From Rebecca billardiae RCC1528 (Eukaryota; Protista; Haptophyta): DNA of 64,000 nt. The first letter of the stretch is position 1, and every line of letters starts with the position of its first letter. The translations under genes were made by a program, and so were the position numbers. The stretch is from NCBI GenBank assembly GCA_965240325.2, contig OZ251232.1, positions 1,550,001-1,614,000 of the forward strand, read 5' to 3'. The notes below the pieces were generated by a model, which did no database searches, had not been told where the DNA came from, and saw only the letters and a program-made list of their open reading frames with translations. Positions 45,701-56,241 of this stretch are shown here, one piece after another.

Positions 45701-46016
45701 GGAGTCGGCGGGGAGCCCGCGGGATCAACAGCCGGAGCGGCTCCCGAGCTTGCCCGGACGCCACGGGGAGGGGGGCGCTAAACCCGGAGTGGGTTCCACT
45801 TCTCAACTCGCTTCGGTTGGGGCGCTGCATGATTGGCTGAGCTTGGTATGGGGGTAACTTAAGTTCGGCTAATTGTTTTAGGGTTTTTAGTCAAAGCGGC
45901 TGCTCCGTCCACTGTCCAGTCGTCCTCGCAGCCGAGGAGTGCATCTCGTAATCTCGTTCATCACTCTGAGCGCGCCTCGGCGTCGTCGGTGTTCGCCTCG
46001 GTCGTCGCGTGTCATC

Positions 46017-46778
46017 ATGGCGGTGCGGGCATGCGCGCTCGTCATGGCGGTGGTGGTCGCGCTCTTGAGCATGGCGAGCGTGGGTGCATACCAGCTGCCA
46101 GGCCTGCTGCGCGCGAGCGTCGCGCGCAAGAGCGCCTTCATCACGATGCGCGGCGGCGAGGGTAGCAAGAAGGTGATTATCGCCGGCGCGCCCGCCTCGG
46201 GCAAGGGCACGCAGTGCGAGATGATCAAGTCCGAGTTCGGGCTGGTACACCTGTCGACGGGCGACATGCTCCGCGCCGCCGTCGCGCAGGGCACTGACGT
46301 GGGCAAGAAGGCGAAGGCGTACATGGACGCGGGCGACCTCGTCCCAGACGAAGTGATCATTGGCGTCGTGGTCGAGCGGCTCAAGGCGCCGGACTGCGAG
46401 TCGAACGGCTGGCTGCTCGACGGTTTCCCGCGCACGGCGGTGCAGGCCGAGGCGCTGCGCGCGGCGGGCGTCGAGCCCGACGTCGTGCTCTACCTCAACG
46501 TGCCCGACGAGATCCTGGTCGATCGCGTCGTCGGCCGACGCACAGACCCAGATACCGGCCGGATATATCACCTCACGTACGACCCGCCCCCGCCCGAGGT
46601 CGCTGAGCGGTGCACGCAGCGCTCGGACGACACGGCGGAGAAGGCGCTCGTTCGGCTCAAGGCGTTCCACACGCACCTCGGCGCCATCCTCGACACGTAC
46701 AAGGAGATCACGACCGAAGTGGACGGCACGCGCCCCAAGGCTGAGGTGTTCGCAGACGTGCAGAAGGTGCTCAGCTGA
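46017..46778 (+). CDS. Adenylate kinase, probably plastid-targeted
   Basis: GAPASGKGTQC P-loop, HLSTGDMLR, GWLLDGFPRT and GRRTDPDTGRIYH; signal peptide. Confidence 0.95.
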   Translation: MAVRACALVMAVVVALLSMASVGAYQLPGLLRASVARKSAFITMRGGEGSKKVIIAGAPASGKGTQCEMIKSEFGLVHLSTGDMLRAAVAQGTDVGKKAKAYMDAGDLVPDEVIIGVVVERLKAPDCESNGWLLDGFPRTAVQAEALRAAGVEPDVVLYLNVPDEILVDRVVGRRTDPDTGRIYHLTYDPPPPEVAERCTQRSDDTAEKALVRLKAFHTHLGAILDTYKEITTEVDGTRPKAEVFADVQKVLS

Positions 46779-47357
46779 GCGGCGGCGCCCGCCCGGCCGC
46801 GCGAGCGTGCAGCCGCCGCGGTGGCCCTGCGCGTATGTACACGTACTCTCAACAGCATCGCGGGCCTGGCCGCCTCGCGCCAGACAGCTGCGCTCGTTGG
46901 CGAGTGACACCCAGACAGAATTGGCGCCGCCGCAGCTTGCCGTGCTCCGAGCGGCCGCGGCTGACACTGCCCGTCGCACTCAGCGGCGGACAGGCGGTGC
47001 TGACTGCTGTCCCGCCGCAACTCGGTCGCCGCTGAACCGGGGACTGACGACTCTGCTCCGCTGCAGCGGCAGTGTCGCCCGGAGTCAATGAGTCACCATC
47101 GAGGCTCGCGATCGAGCACTAATGCTGTCGTGATATGTCCACTACTCCGGTTCCGGGTTCGGCGACTCGGCGCGGCGTCATCTTGTCGCGGCCCTGAAGG
47201 CCCGATGAAAACAAAAATGAAAATCACCGCCGCTGAATATTAAAATCACTGCGCTGAATAAAATGATGGGTTTTGAGCCTGCGTGCTCGTCCGCCCTTGA
47301 CGGCCGACGAGGCCGCCGCGCCGCCGACGCGCGCCCTGCTCGCCCGCGAGCGCGCGC

Positions 47358-50300
47358 ATGAAAGGCTCGGCGGGCGCGGGGCTGGCCGGGTTGGCCAATG
47401 AGGCCGCCGCCCCCCGTCCCCCACGCTGGCGGCTCAAGCGCTCTGCTTCGGAGGAGAGCGGCGCCGAGCGCGCGTGCGCCACGGCTGACCAGTTCGATGG
47501 CGCGCAGCTCGAGCAGGAGCTGGCGAGGCTGTGCACGGCGCTGGTGCCCTCGGACGCGCCTGAGGGCACGGCGTGCGTGCTCGCGCGCCTCCTCCTTCCG
47601 CACGCCCCGCCGCGAACGGCGGACAGCGAGCTCGTGCGCTGCGCGGCTGGGCTGGTCGCGGACCACTTTGGTGAGTGTCTGCTGCGCGACGCGCCGACCG
47701 ACCTCGCGGGCGCGTGTCCAGGCGCGGGCGCGGGCGAGGCGGGGCGCGAGGCGGAGGTGCACTGTGGCGCAGCCTCCCCCGCGCCCTCGCCTCGCGCCGA
47801 GTCAGCCGCCGCCGCCGCCTACCCGGCCGCGGCGCGCGCGCTCGCCGAGGCTGAGAGAGGGGCGAGCGAAGCGGCCGCGCGCGTCGAGCAGCTGTACGCC
47901 GAGCTGTCGCAGATGCACGCGCACGCGCGCGCGACGGCGACGTCGCAGCTACTGCAGCTGCCGCGGTACACGCACTGCACGCGCCTCTTCGTCGCCGGCC
48001 TCGGCCTCGGCGCGACGCACTCGGCACTTGCCGCCGGGCTCGCGCCTTTCGGTGCTCTCGTGCGAGCCGAAGTTTTCTACTCTCCGTGCGCGCGCGCGGC
48101 GGACGGCTCGGCGCTCTCGCTCCGGGTGGGCACCGCGGTGTTCGACTCGGCCTCGGGCGCGCTCGCGGCGCTCGCCGACGGCGCCAACGGCCGGCTCGAG
48201 CTGTGCGGCGTGCGCTCGCCTGAGCTGGCGGTGATGCTAGATGACGAGCCCGGATCGTACACGCGCGCGGCCGTCGAGGCGGCGGCCGCGGCGAGCGGCG
48301 CGCTGCTCGAGGCGCAGCGCGCCGCGGCGTACGCGAGCCAGCTGCGCGGCGCGGCGTGGGCCGCGCCCGCGCAGCCCGCGGGGTGCACGCGCCTCTTCGT
48401 CACCGACGTGCCCTTTCGGCTCCCAGACTCGGCGCTGGCGCGCGCGCTCGCGGAGTTTGGGGACGTGTCTCAGGCGCGTCAGCTGACACACCCGCGCACA
48501 GGGAGGCCGCTGCGCGTCGCCGTCGTCGAGATGGCGGACGAGGCGGGTGCGGCGCGCGCGCTCGACGCGAGCGCGCGCGGCCTGCTGCGCGTGCAGCCCA
48601 GCGCGCCGCCGGCCGCCCACGCCGAGGCCGGAGCCATCCTGAGGGCTGCCCCGGACCCGCGCGGTGCCAAGGCTTCTGCGGCGTTCGGCGCGCTCGCCGC
48701 CGATGAGGGCACGGAGTCTACGGAGGGGCAGGCCGAGGACGGCACGCGCGGGGACGCGCCCGACGCGCGGGCCGACGCCGGCGGCGGCGGCGACGCCGAA
48801 GGCACCGAGCACGCGCCGCCGCGCCACTGCGGGCCCAAGGCCGAGGCTGAGCCCTTCGCACCAGCGGAGGCGGCTACGGCCGTTACGGCCGTAACGGCCG
48901 TAACGGCCTGCGGAGGTGCCAGCCCAGAGCAGCTCGGCGCCGTCCCGCCGGAGGTGCGTGTGGAGCGCTCGGCCGCGGGCTGTGGCGGGCACAGGGACCA
49001 CGCCACGGCGGCGGGGGCACGCGCCGCTCCCGCCGGGCTGACAGCCGCGGCCGGCGGCGGCGGCCACCCGGGCGCTTGGCCCCGTCGGGCGCAGGCGGCA
49101 TGCCCGCGCCCTCACCTGATCGCCCAGGTTGATCGCATGTTGGCGAGCGGCGCGCCGGGCGTGCGGGACGCGTGGGCGTGCCGACTGGCCGCGCGCGCGG
49201 GCAGCAGCGGCGCAGCGGAGCACGCGGAGCCCGCGTGCCTCCCGACCGCCCTGCTTGCCGAGTTCATAGACTCGCAGGCAGGGTCAGGGGCGCATCAGCC
49301 GCCGGGGCCGCACGAGCCACGGGCGCAGCAGCCTGGGGCGCAGACGTGGCGGCGCGGCGCGGAGCACTGCTCACAGCCGCCGAGGCTGCCCGCGCAGCCG
49401 GTGCCGCCGCCGCCCGCGCAGAGGCGCGCGCAGTCGCACGCGCAGTGCCAGGCACAGCGGCAGCAGCATGGGCCGCCGCACTGGCCTGCCCCGGCCGCGC
49501 CGTGCGCGGCCGCGCCGGTGCCAGGCGCGCTCGCTGCGGACGGCGGCGCGCCAGCGCGCGCCGCGGCCGCGAGCAGCGGTCCCCTCCCTCATGAGCACAC
49601 CCGGCCAGGAGCAGGGTGCGCAGCTGTTTCGGCCACGCCGCCGGCGCGCCCCGCGGCAATCCCGCTGCAGCGCGTGCGCTCGCGCTCGCCCTCGCCGTCG
49701 GTGGCTCGCGGCCCGCGCCAGGCGCGCGTCACGCCCGCTGGCCCGGCCGGCCGGGCGGACAGCGGCCGCCTGGCAACCGAGGCGCGCGGCGCGCGAGACG
49801 GCTGCGCCGCGCCGGCCCGCGCAGATGCGCAGCCGGGGCCGGCCCAGGCGCTGACGCGCGCGCACAGGCTGTCGCCATCGTCCCCGGTCCCGACGCATAG
49901 CTCGTCCTCGCCGCAACGCGCGGCGCGCCCGTCGCCACGCCGCGAGTCCCTCTCGCCGCGGCCCGCCGGCCGTGCGCCAGGCGCGTGGCCGCCCCGGCGG
50001 CACGATGGGAGCAGCAGCAGCAGCGGTGGCCACGGCGCCAGCGCCGCGCGCGCGCCGGGGCCCCAAGCCCCGCGAGGCGGCGGTGGCGCCTGGTGCGCAA
50101 CCGCGGGCGCGCGCCGCCGCCGCCGCTCCGCCTCCTCCGCCTCCTCCGCCTCCTCCGCCACCTCCTCGCGCGAGCGACCGGACGCGAGCCCGCGCACGCC
50201 CGCATCGCCGCTCCTCCGATCCGAATCTGCTTCGGCGGCAGACGAGCTGCTCCCGCGTCGCAAGAAGGTCCGGCGCGGGGGCCGCAACCGCCGCAAGGGC

Positions 50301-51035
50301 GCGATGTCTGGGCCACGCGGCGCGGCGAGGCGCCGGCTCGGGCCGCGCAGTCCGGCGCAGCGGTCCGCGTCTCCACGCTCGCGCTCGCCGTTGCGTCCTG
50401 CTGCGTGCGCCAGCGGCCTCGGCTCGTCACCGGCACCGCGTGGCGCAGGCAGTTGGGCCGCGGTGGCGCGCGCGGGCGCCCAGGCATCGCGCGCGCCGCT
50501 GGCGCAGATGGGCGGTGCCGGGCACCCGCCGTCGGGGCCCGCGGCCGCGCGCGGCAGCGCGACCGGTTGGTTTGACGCGCCTCGCGGCTCGGCCGCGAGT
50601 TGGGCCGAGCGCTCGCGGCTAGCCGCCGCCGGCTGGCGTGCGCCGGCGCAGCCCGGCGCCGCGCCGTGCCAGCAGCAGCACTACGCGTGTGCCCAGCAGC
50701 ACCTGCCGCCGGCGCCGCCGATGCCGCCGATGCTGCCGCCGCGCCCACCGCACGGCACTCACGCGCTGGGCGCAGCTGAGCACTCGCATCGCGCCGCACA
50801 GCTGCAGCACCACGCACTGCCCTCGCTTGGCAGCGGCGGGCACAGCGGGGGCGGGTACGGCGGAGCACCTCCACGGCAGCAGCAGTCGCAGCAGCAGTCG
50901 CAGCAGCAGCAGGCCCAGCACCTGCCAGCTGCCGGTGCTGCACACCCGCCGCCCCAGCGGTACCACCCGACAGGCTACGCGCAGCACGGGGCGCAGCACC
51001 ATTACCAGCACTATCATGCACCGCCGCAGTCGTAG
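47358..51035 (+). CDS. Protein with two RRM-like domains and a long low-complexity (Ala/Pro/Arg/Ser/Gln) C-terminus
   Basis: TRLFVAGL and TRLFVTDVPF RNP2-like starts; EFGDVSQA...TGRPLRVAVVEM; 1225-aa ORF. Confidence 0.65.
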   Translation: MKGSAGAGLAGLANEAAAPRPPRWRLKRSASEESGAERACATADQFDGAQLEQELARLCTALVPSDAPEGTACVLARLLLPHAPPRTADSELVRCAAGLVADHFGECLLRDAPTDLAGACPGAGAGEAGREAEVHCGAASPAPSPRAESAAAAAYPAAARALAEAERGASEAAARVEQLYAELSQMHAHARATATSQLLQLPRYTHCTRLFVAGLGLGATHSALAAGLAPFGALVRAEVFYSPCARAADGSALSLRVGTAVFDSASGALAALADGANGRLELCGVRSPELAVMLDDEPGSYTRAAVEAAAAASGALLEAQRAAAYASQLRGAAWAAPAQPAGCTRLFVTDVPFRLPDSALARALAEFGDVSQARQLTHPRTGRPLRVAVVEMADEAGAARALDASARGLLRVQPSAPPAAHAEAGAILRAAPDPRGAKASAAFGALAADEGTESTEGQAEDGTRGDAPDARADAGGGGDAEGTEHAPPRHCGPKAEAEPFAPAEAATAVTAVTAVTACGGASPEQLGAVPPEVRVERSAAGCGGHRDHATAAGARAAPAGLTAAAGGGGHPGAWPRRAQAACPRPHLIAQVDRMLASGAPGVRDAWACRLAARAGSSGAAEHAEPACLPTALLAEFIDSQAGSGAHQPPGPHEPRAQQPGAQTWRRGAEHCSQPPRLPAQPVPPPPAQRRAQSHAQCQAQRQQHGPPHWPAPAAPCAAAPVPGALAADGGAPARAAAASSGPLPHEHTRPGAGCAAVSATPPARPAAIPLQRVRSRSPSPSVARGPRQARVTPAGPAGRADSGRLATEARGARDGCAAPARADAQPGPAQALTRAHRLSPSSPVPTHSSSSPQRAARPSPRRESLSPRPAGRAPGAWPPRRHDGSSSSSGGHGASAARAPGPQAPRGGGGAWCATAGARRRRRSASSASSASSATSSRERPDASPRTPASPLLRSESASAADELLPRRKKVRRGGRNRRKGAMSGPRGAARRRLGPRSPAQRSASPRSRSPLRPAACASGLGSSPAPRGAGSWAAVARAGAQASRAPLAQMGGAGHPPSGPAAARGSATGWFDAPRGSAASWAERSRLAAAGWRAPAQPGAAPCQQQHYACAQQHLPPAPPMPPMLPPRPPHGTHALGAAEHSHRAAQLQHHALPSLGSGGHSGGGYGGAPPRQQQSQQQSQQQQAQHLPAAGAAHPPPQRYHPTGYAQHGAQHHYQHYHAPPQS

Positions 51036-51152
51036 CCAGGCTGCCAGCGGCGCGACCGAGCAGCAGCAGACAGCCGCGGTCTAGTGTGTGGCTGCACTGG
51101 CGGCGATGCCGATTCTGACTCTGGTCTTAGAGTGGCGCGTGCCATCACTACG

Positions 51153-52958
51153 CTATGATATCGTCACCGTCTGTAGTGATTCGTCTCTACTGAACTGATG
51201 GCCGGTCCCGGTGTTGGTTGCTCCTGGCAGCAGCCGCTGGCGTTCACCGCGGCGTCGACTCACTCGACTGCGGTCGCGCCACGCGACCGCGCGCACGCAC
51301 TCGGCCCACCCACGCGGCCCTTTGCACGCGCAGTGCTGCCCGCGCGCAAGCCACGAGGACCAGAGCGCGGCGCTCGTGCCGCGCACGCGAAGGCGTGCGC
51401 CCGGCTCGAGACGGCGCAGAGCGTGCACGCTCGTCGCGTTACCGGCCGCCTCCGCCCAGAGCTGGCGGCGCGCGAGCAGCACGGTGCGCGCGCTCGAGCG
51501 GCCCTGCGTGCAATCGTGTACCTCCCGCACCGAGTGCTCCTTGCTCGAGCTCACGAACGCGCGCGCGTGCGCCCCCAGCAGCTGCTCGACCAGCAGCACA
51601 CCCAGCGGTGTCTCCAGATCCGGGTGGTGCGCGCGCAAGTATTCGCGGATCGGCTCGTCGGCCTTGAGCCAGCCGGCCGCGCCGCGCGTGTACGCAAGCT
51701 CGGTGGGCGAGGCGGGCGGCGGGGCCGCGGCATCGGGCGCGACACTCGCCGGTGCGCACTCGAGCCCGAGGACGGCCGCGCCCGAGCGCGCGCGGCGCGT
51801 GGACGTGAGATTGAGCACAGCCTCGCGCACTGCGCTGCGCGGCGCGCCGAGCGCGCTCCGCGTGTTCGGCGACCAACTGAGGCAGGACCGGTGTGGGGGC
51901 TGCGCGCCGGCTGCCACGCCACGCGGCGGCGAGGGCTGCACGCCGCCCCCACCGCCGTCACCGCCGCACACGCGCGGGCTGGGCAGGTCCGTGATGAGCA
52001 CGACGCTTGGGGCCGGAGCGAGCAGCTGCGCAGCGCTCAGGCTCAGGCCAGCGAGGGCGCTCACCGCAGAGAGCTGAGCGAGCCGCGCGCAGCGCTGCGT
52101 GTGCGGCTCGCGCATCAGCTCGGTGCGCCACTGCAGCACGACTCGAGGCAGCTCACCGCCCAGCCGCGTCTCCACAACGTGACGGAACGCCGCCCAGAAC
52201 GGAGCCGCCGGCGGGATCCAATCCACACTCCCTTGCTGTGCCGAGTGTGGCTGCCCGGATGCGCCAACTTGGTTGGGCGGCAGAGGCGGCGTGCACAGCT
52301 TGTGCCAGCGCGCGCTGCCAATGTCAGCTACCTCGCTCGCGCCCGGCGGCTCTGCCGTGGCGAGAACGAGCACATCAGGTCGCAGCCGGCGTAGCACCGC
52401 GCCGAGCTCGCCCGCCTCCTCCTCGCTCCGCGGCGGCCGCGCGCGGACGACTGAATGAGATGGTGTGGCCATGCTCACGTTCGGAGGCGTCCGTGGCAGC
52501 TGCGCGCAGCCGCTCGGCGGGGCGGGCGGCACAAGGTACGTGACGTGGTACGCACAGCCCGCGTCTCGCAGACGGCGCGCACGCTGCAGCTCCTCGGCCA
52601 TGCCCACCGCGCGCGCCGGCAGCCGCGAGATGTCGAGGAACGCATCCAGCGAGGCGATGCGGCACAGCTCCAGCTCGTGGGCGGAGGAGCGCGCGTGCAC
52701 GCGGCGGATCTTGCCGAGCGCGTCGACGCACGGCAGCACGGCGACGGCGCCGTGCGACGCAAGCCACTGTGCGAGGCGGAACGCATAGGCGTACGAAGAG
52801 ACGAAGTTGTTCATGCCCTCAGGCATCGCGCCGACTGCCACGCGCAAGCCGGATGCACGCGACGTCTCAGGCCCCACCGTGGTGTCTGGGCAGCTCGCGG
52901 CGGCCCCATACTTGCACGCGAGTAGCGCCACGCACATGCGCACTCGCAGAGCCAGCAT
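51153..52958 (-). CDS. Secreted/Golgi protein, putative O-fucosyltransferase-like (GT-B) fold
   Basis: Signal peptide; EGMNN, LQWRTE, LITD and VEQLLGAHARAFVSS resemble O-FucT motifs. Confidence 0.55.
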   Translation of the reverse strand: MLALRVRMCVALLACKYGAAASCPDTTVGPETSRASGLRVAVGAMPEGMNNFVSSYAYAFRLAQWLASHGAVAVLPCVDALGKIRRVHARSSAHELELCRIASLDAFLDISRLPARAVGMAEELQRARRLRDAGCAYHVTYLVPPAPPSGCAQLPRTPPNVSMATPSHSVVRARPPRSEEEAGELGAVLRRLRPDVLVLATAEPPGASEVADIGSARWHKLCTPPLPPNQVGASGQPHSAQQGSVDWIPPAAPFWAAFRHVVETRLGGELPRVVLQWRTELMREPHTQRCARLAQLSAVSALAGLSLSAAQLLAPAPSVVLITDLPSPRVCGGDGGGGGVQPSPPRGVAAGAQPPHRSCLSWSPNTRSALGAPRSAVREAVLNLTSTRRARSGAAVLGLECAPASVAPDAAAPPPASPTELAYTRGAAGWLKADEPIREYLRAHHPDLETPLGVLLVEQLLGAHARAFVSSSKEHSVREVHDCTQGRSSARTVLLARRQLWAEAAGNATSVHALRRLEPGARLRVRGTSAALWSSWLARGQHCACKGPRGWAECVRAVAWRDRSRVSRRRGERQRLLPGATNTGTGHQFSRDESLQTVTIS

Positions 52959-53446
52959 GCCGTCCCGGCCTCGCGCTAGCCTGACCGGCGATGCATATCA
53001 GGCCGCAACTCTTGGCCGGTCGCCATCGTTGCCCGCGATTTCACACTACCGTCCCGCGCCGCCGTTGCAGCGTTGCTGCATGAAGCTGTTCGGCAGTCAG
53101 CAGGCTCGCGGACCTTGACAGTGGCGGTGGACGTGGTAATTGAGCGACGGCCGCTGCGCCAATTCAGGACGTACGTGGCCAACTGAGGCTTTGACGGTGA
53201 CAGTGAGTCAGTGACAGTGTGAGTGACTGACGGTGATGACGGCAATTTGTAGTTGGTAAACTTAATACTTATTATTTAATAATAAATACTGCTGCTGGAA
53301 ATTATAATATGACGACAGCAATTGACACTGATAAAAATGGGCGCCGGACTGACTACTTAATAAAATATATACTAGTAAGTATTTATTATAGTAAATATTA
53401 TTACTATCATCGGACTGTTACAGCATATAGAATTAGTAGTGTACAT

Positions 53447-53448
<2 letters not shown>

Positions 53449-53516
<68 letters not shown>
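53449..53516. repeat. (CT)n microsatellite
   Basis: Uninterrupted CT run. Confidence 0.98.
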
Positions 53517-53520
<4 letters not shown>

Positions 53521-54070
53521 TGCTTCTGAATTCTGAGTCACTATTCTGAGCCGCTGTCTGTCGTCAGCGGAGTAGCTGGAGTCTACGGAGACCGGCCGGC
53601 TGGTTACCTTGCTGGCACTCTGCTGCGGAATCCGAATCGTCATCATCAGTTATCGTCGTCGCGTCGGCGTCATTGTCATCATCTCGCAGTCGCATTCGGT
53701 CTCGGAAATGCCATTCTAGTACAGTTTACTAAGAATAAGAGACGCACACAGCTCAGGCAGGCGAGATTGACGCCCGCCAACTGTCACCGCCCATGAAGCC
53801 GTCGCCGATGGTAGCGCCGCCGGAAAAATTCGTTCAGCCGTCCGCCTGCGAGGCCTGGATGAGGGAGCCCTGCGGCCGCCTCGCGGCGCGCCAGCGCCCG
53901 TCGTCCTCGCCCCACCGTCGTCCACAAAACGTCGTCGTCCGAACTCGCCGACTGGGCGCCGATGCAACAGCGCGCCGACAGGATGAGGATACGCCCCCAC
54001 TATAAGGTTGGCAGTAACGGAATTCTCCGCCAGTCCGGCGCCGAGCCTCAGAGTTCTCAGCTGACTTCTT

Positions 54071-54072
<2 letters not shown>

Positions 54073-54156
<84 letters not shown>
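54073..54156. repeat. (AT)n microsatellite
   Basis: Uninterrupted AT run immediately before repeat copy 3. Confidence 0.98.
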
Positions 54157-54159
<3 letters not shown>

Positions 54160-54162
54160 GAC

Positions 54163-54293
54163 ACGAGGGGGGGGGGGACGACGGCGAGGAGCGCTGATCC
54201 TGGTGTTTGTCTCTGCTGCTCGATCTGCCGCTACAGCTTGCTGACTCTGACGCCTGCGACCGTAGTTGTCAGCATACCACGTCGTTAATATAT
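54163..54293 (+). repeat. Dispersed poly-G-containing repeat, copy 3
   Basis: Matches copy 2 through gcataccacgtcgttaatatat, with small insertions. Confidence 0.9.
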
Positions 54294-54368
54294 TAAGACG
54301 CTACTAGTCAATTATTATTTATGATAAACAATCAGGCACCGGGCAGCGAGTGCAACGTGGCCCCACGT

Positions 54369-55958
54369 TTAGGCCGTCGGTGTGGCCGGCTTGCCCTCCT
54401 CGTCCGGCTGCGCGTCCTCCTGCGAGAAGTCGGTCTGCGGGAGGAACATCGAGCCGAAGACCGGGTAGTGCACGAGCGGGATGAGCAGCGCCGTCGCGAT
54501 GACGCAGAAGCCGTGGATGAGGAATGGCGTGCGCGGGTCCGCCGCGTTGGCGTACGCGCGGTAGATGAAGCCCCACAGCACCGCCCCAAAGTTGCCGCCC
54601 GCGCCGACGATGCCCGAGACCGGGCCGAGCGCCTTGAGGTGCTTGCCCACGTACGGCACGACCGCGTACTGCGCGCCCTCCGCCATCTGCACAAAGGTGG
54701 AGAAGCCGATCAGGAGCACGATGGCGAGCGGGAAGAGCGTCGACGGCACGCGCGAGAACGCAACGAGCATCACGCCGCACATCCCCTGCACGAAGAAGAA
54801 GACCCAGTGCCGGCCGCGGTGCGAGAACTTCTTGTTGGCGAGGTCGGACGCGATGCCGCCGAGCGAGCGCGCAAACAAGTTCATCAGGCCGAACATCGAC
54901 GCGGCGAGGCCGGCCTCCTGCAGCGAGAGGCCGAAGTACTCGAAGAAGTACAGCGCAAGCACGTTGTTCATCGTCAGCTCCGTGCCGAAGCAGCCGCCGT
55001 ACACGATGAAGAGGACCCACACGCGCGGGTCCTTGGCGCCCTCGAGGAACACCTTGGCGCCGTTCTGCTTCTTGCGCTCGCCCGACGCGTACAGCTCCTT
55101 GAAGGTGCCCTCCGGCACGTCGTCCGAGGTGAAGTAGAGCGCGATACCGACGAGGAAGAGCATGAGCGCCGGCACGAGCACCGCGAGACGCCAAGCCAGG
55201 TCGTACCCGAACGAGATGAACCACGAGAAGACGAACGGCATGAACACCTGCGTGAAGCCGCCGCCCAGGTTGCCCCAGCCCGCCGACGTGGCGTTGGCCG
55301 TGCCGACGACGTTCTTCGAGAACATGACCGACGTCCAGAACTGCGTGATCACGAACGTCGCGCCCATGCCGCCGATGAAGAAGCGGCTCGTGATGATGCC
55401 CACCGGCGTGGTCGAGAGCGCCGAGCCGGCGAGCGGGATCGAAAAGACCATCACCATGAACGCCTGCGAGAAGCGCGGGCCATACGTCTCCGCCCACGCG
55501 CCGACGAGGAAGCGCATGGCGATGGTGCCTGCGATCGAGACGATGATCGAGTTGCCGATCTCCGTGCGGCACGACGGGCCGCACACGCAGTCACGCGGCG
55601 TGTCGACGCCGGTGTCCCAGCCGCCGTTCGAGCAGAGGCCGACGGACACGCGCCACACGGCCGTGAGCGGGGCGAGGGCGAACCAGCCCGTGAAGGCAAG
55701 GAAGAAGGAGAGCCAGGCGAAGTGGACTGCGCAGCACGGGGAGCACGGCGAGACGGGGTGATGAGTGCGCGCACGCGTGCGCGCGCGCGCGCGCGAGAGA
55801 CGCATGATCGCGCGCGACGTGCGCGTGCAGCGCTGCGCGCGGGGGCGGATGGCGCGGCACGCACAGGCACGCATGTGCGGCCGCTTGAACGACCAGAGCT
55901 TGATCATCGTCGCCTTTGACTCGGCGTCGACGGGGAGGTCGAACTTGGACTCCGACAT
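54369..55958 (-). CDS. NRT2: High-affinity nitrate transporter (NNP family), copy A; in-frame intron 55727-55864
   Basis: Spliced PHMRAFHFAW; nitrate signature AGWGNLGGG; FGLMNLFARSLGG; VSGIVGAGGNFG. Confidence 0.96.
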   Translation of the reverse strand: MSESKFDLPVDAESKATMIKLWSFKRPHMRACACRAIRPRAQRCTRTSRAIMRLSRARARTRARTHHPVSPCSPCCAVHFAWLSFFLAFTGWFALAPLTAVWRVSVGLCSNGGWDTGVDTPRDCVCGPSCRTEIGNSIIVSIAGTIAMRFLVGAWAETYGPRFSQAFMVMVFSIPLAGSALSTTPVGIITSRFFIGGMGATFVITQFWTSVMFSKNVVGTANATSAGWGNLGGGFTQVFMPFVFSWFISFGYDLAWRLAVLVPALMLFLVGIALYFTSDDVPEGTFKELYASGERKKQNGAKVFLEGAKDPRVWVLFIVYGGCFGTELTMNNVLALYFFEYFGLSLQEAGLAASMFGLMNLFARSLGGIASDLANKKFSHRGRHWVFFFVQGMCGVMLVAFSRVPSTLFPLAIVLLIGFSTFVQMAEGAQYAVVPYVGKHLKALGPVSGIVGAGGNFGAVLWGFIYRAYANAADPRTPFLIHGFCVIATALLIPLVHYPVFGSMFLPQTDFSQEDAQPDEEGKPATPTA

Positions 55959-56241
55959 GGTGGCGAGAGGCGCGGGGGGGTCCGAGGACGGAGGGGGGAT
56001 GCTTCACGCGGACTTGCCGTTCGCAGCTCGCGCGGGGCCGTCTGGGACGAGCGGACCACAATGAATCTCAGATCTCATCATCGTCACGAGATTCATCCGG
56101 CTTCTGATCAGCGGAATTGAGGTCACGCTGCAAACAGTAGCCACACTAGGCCCAGGCCCACGTGCAGCCTGCGCACGCGGACGGCGGGCTAAATCGTAGC
56201 CACAGTCGATCATGGGTCGATGACTGACTTTACAAGTGTAC

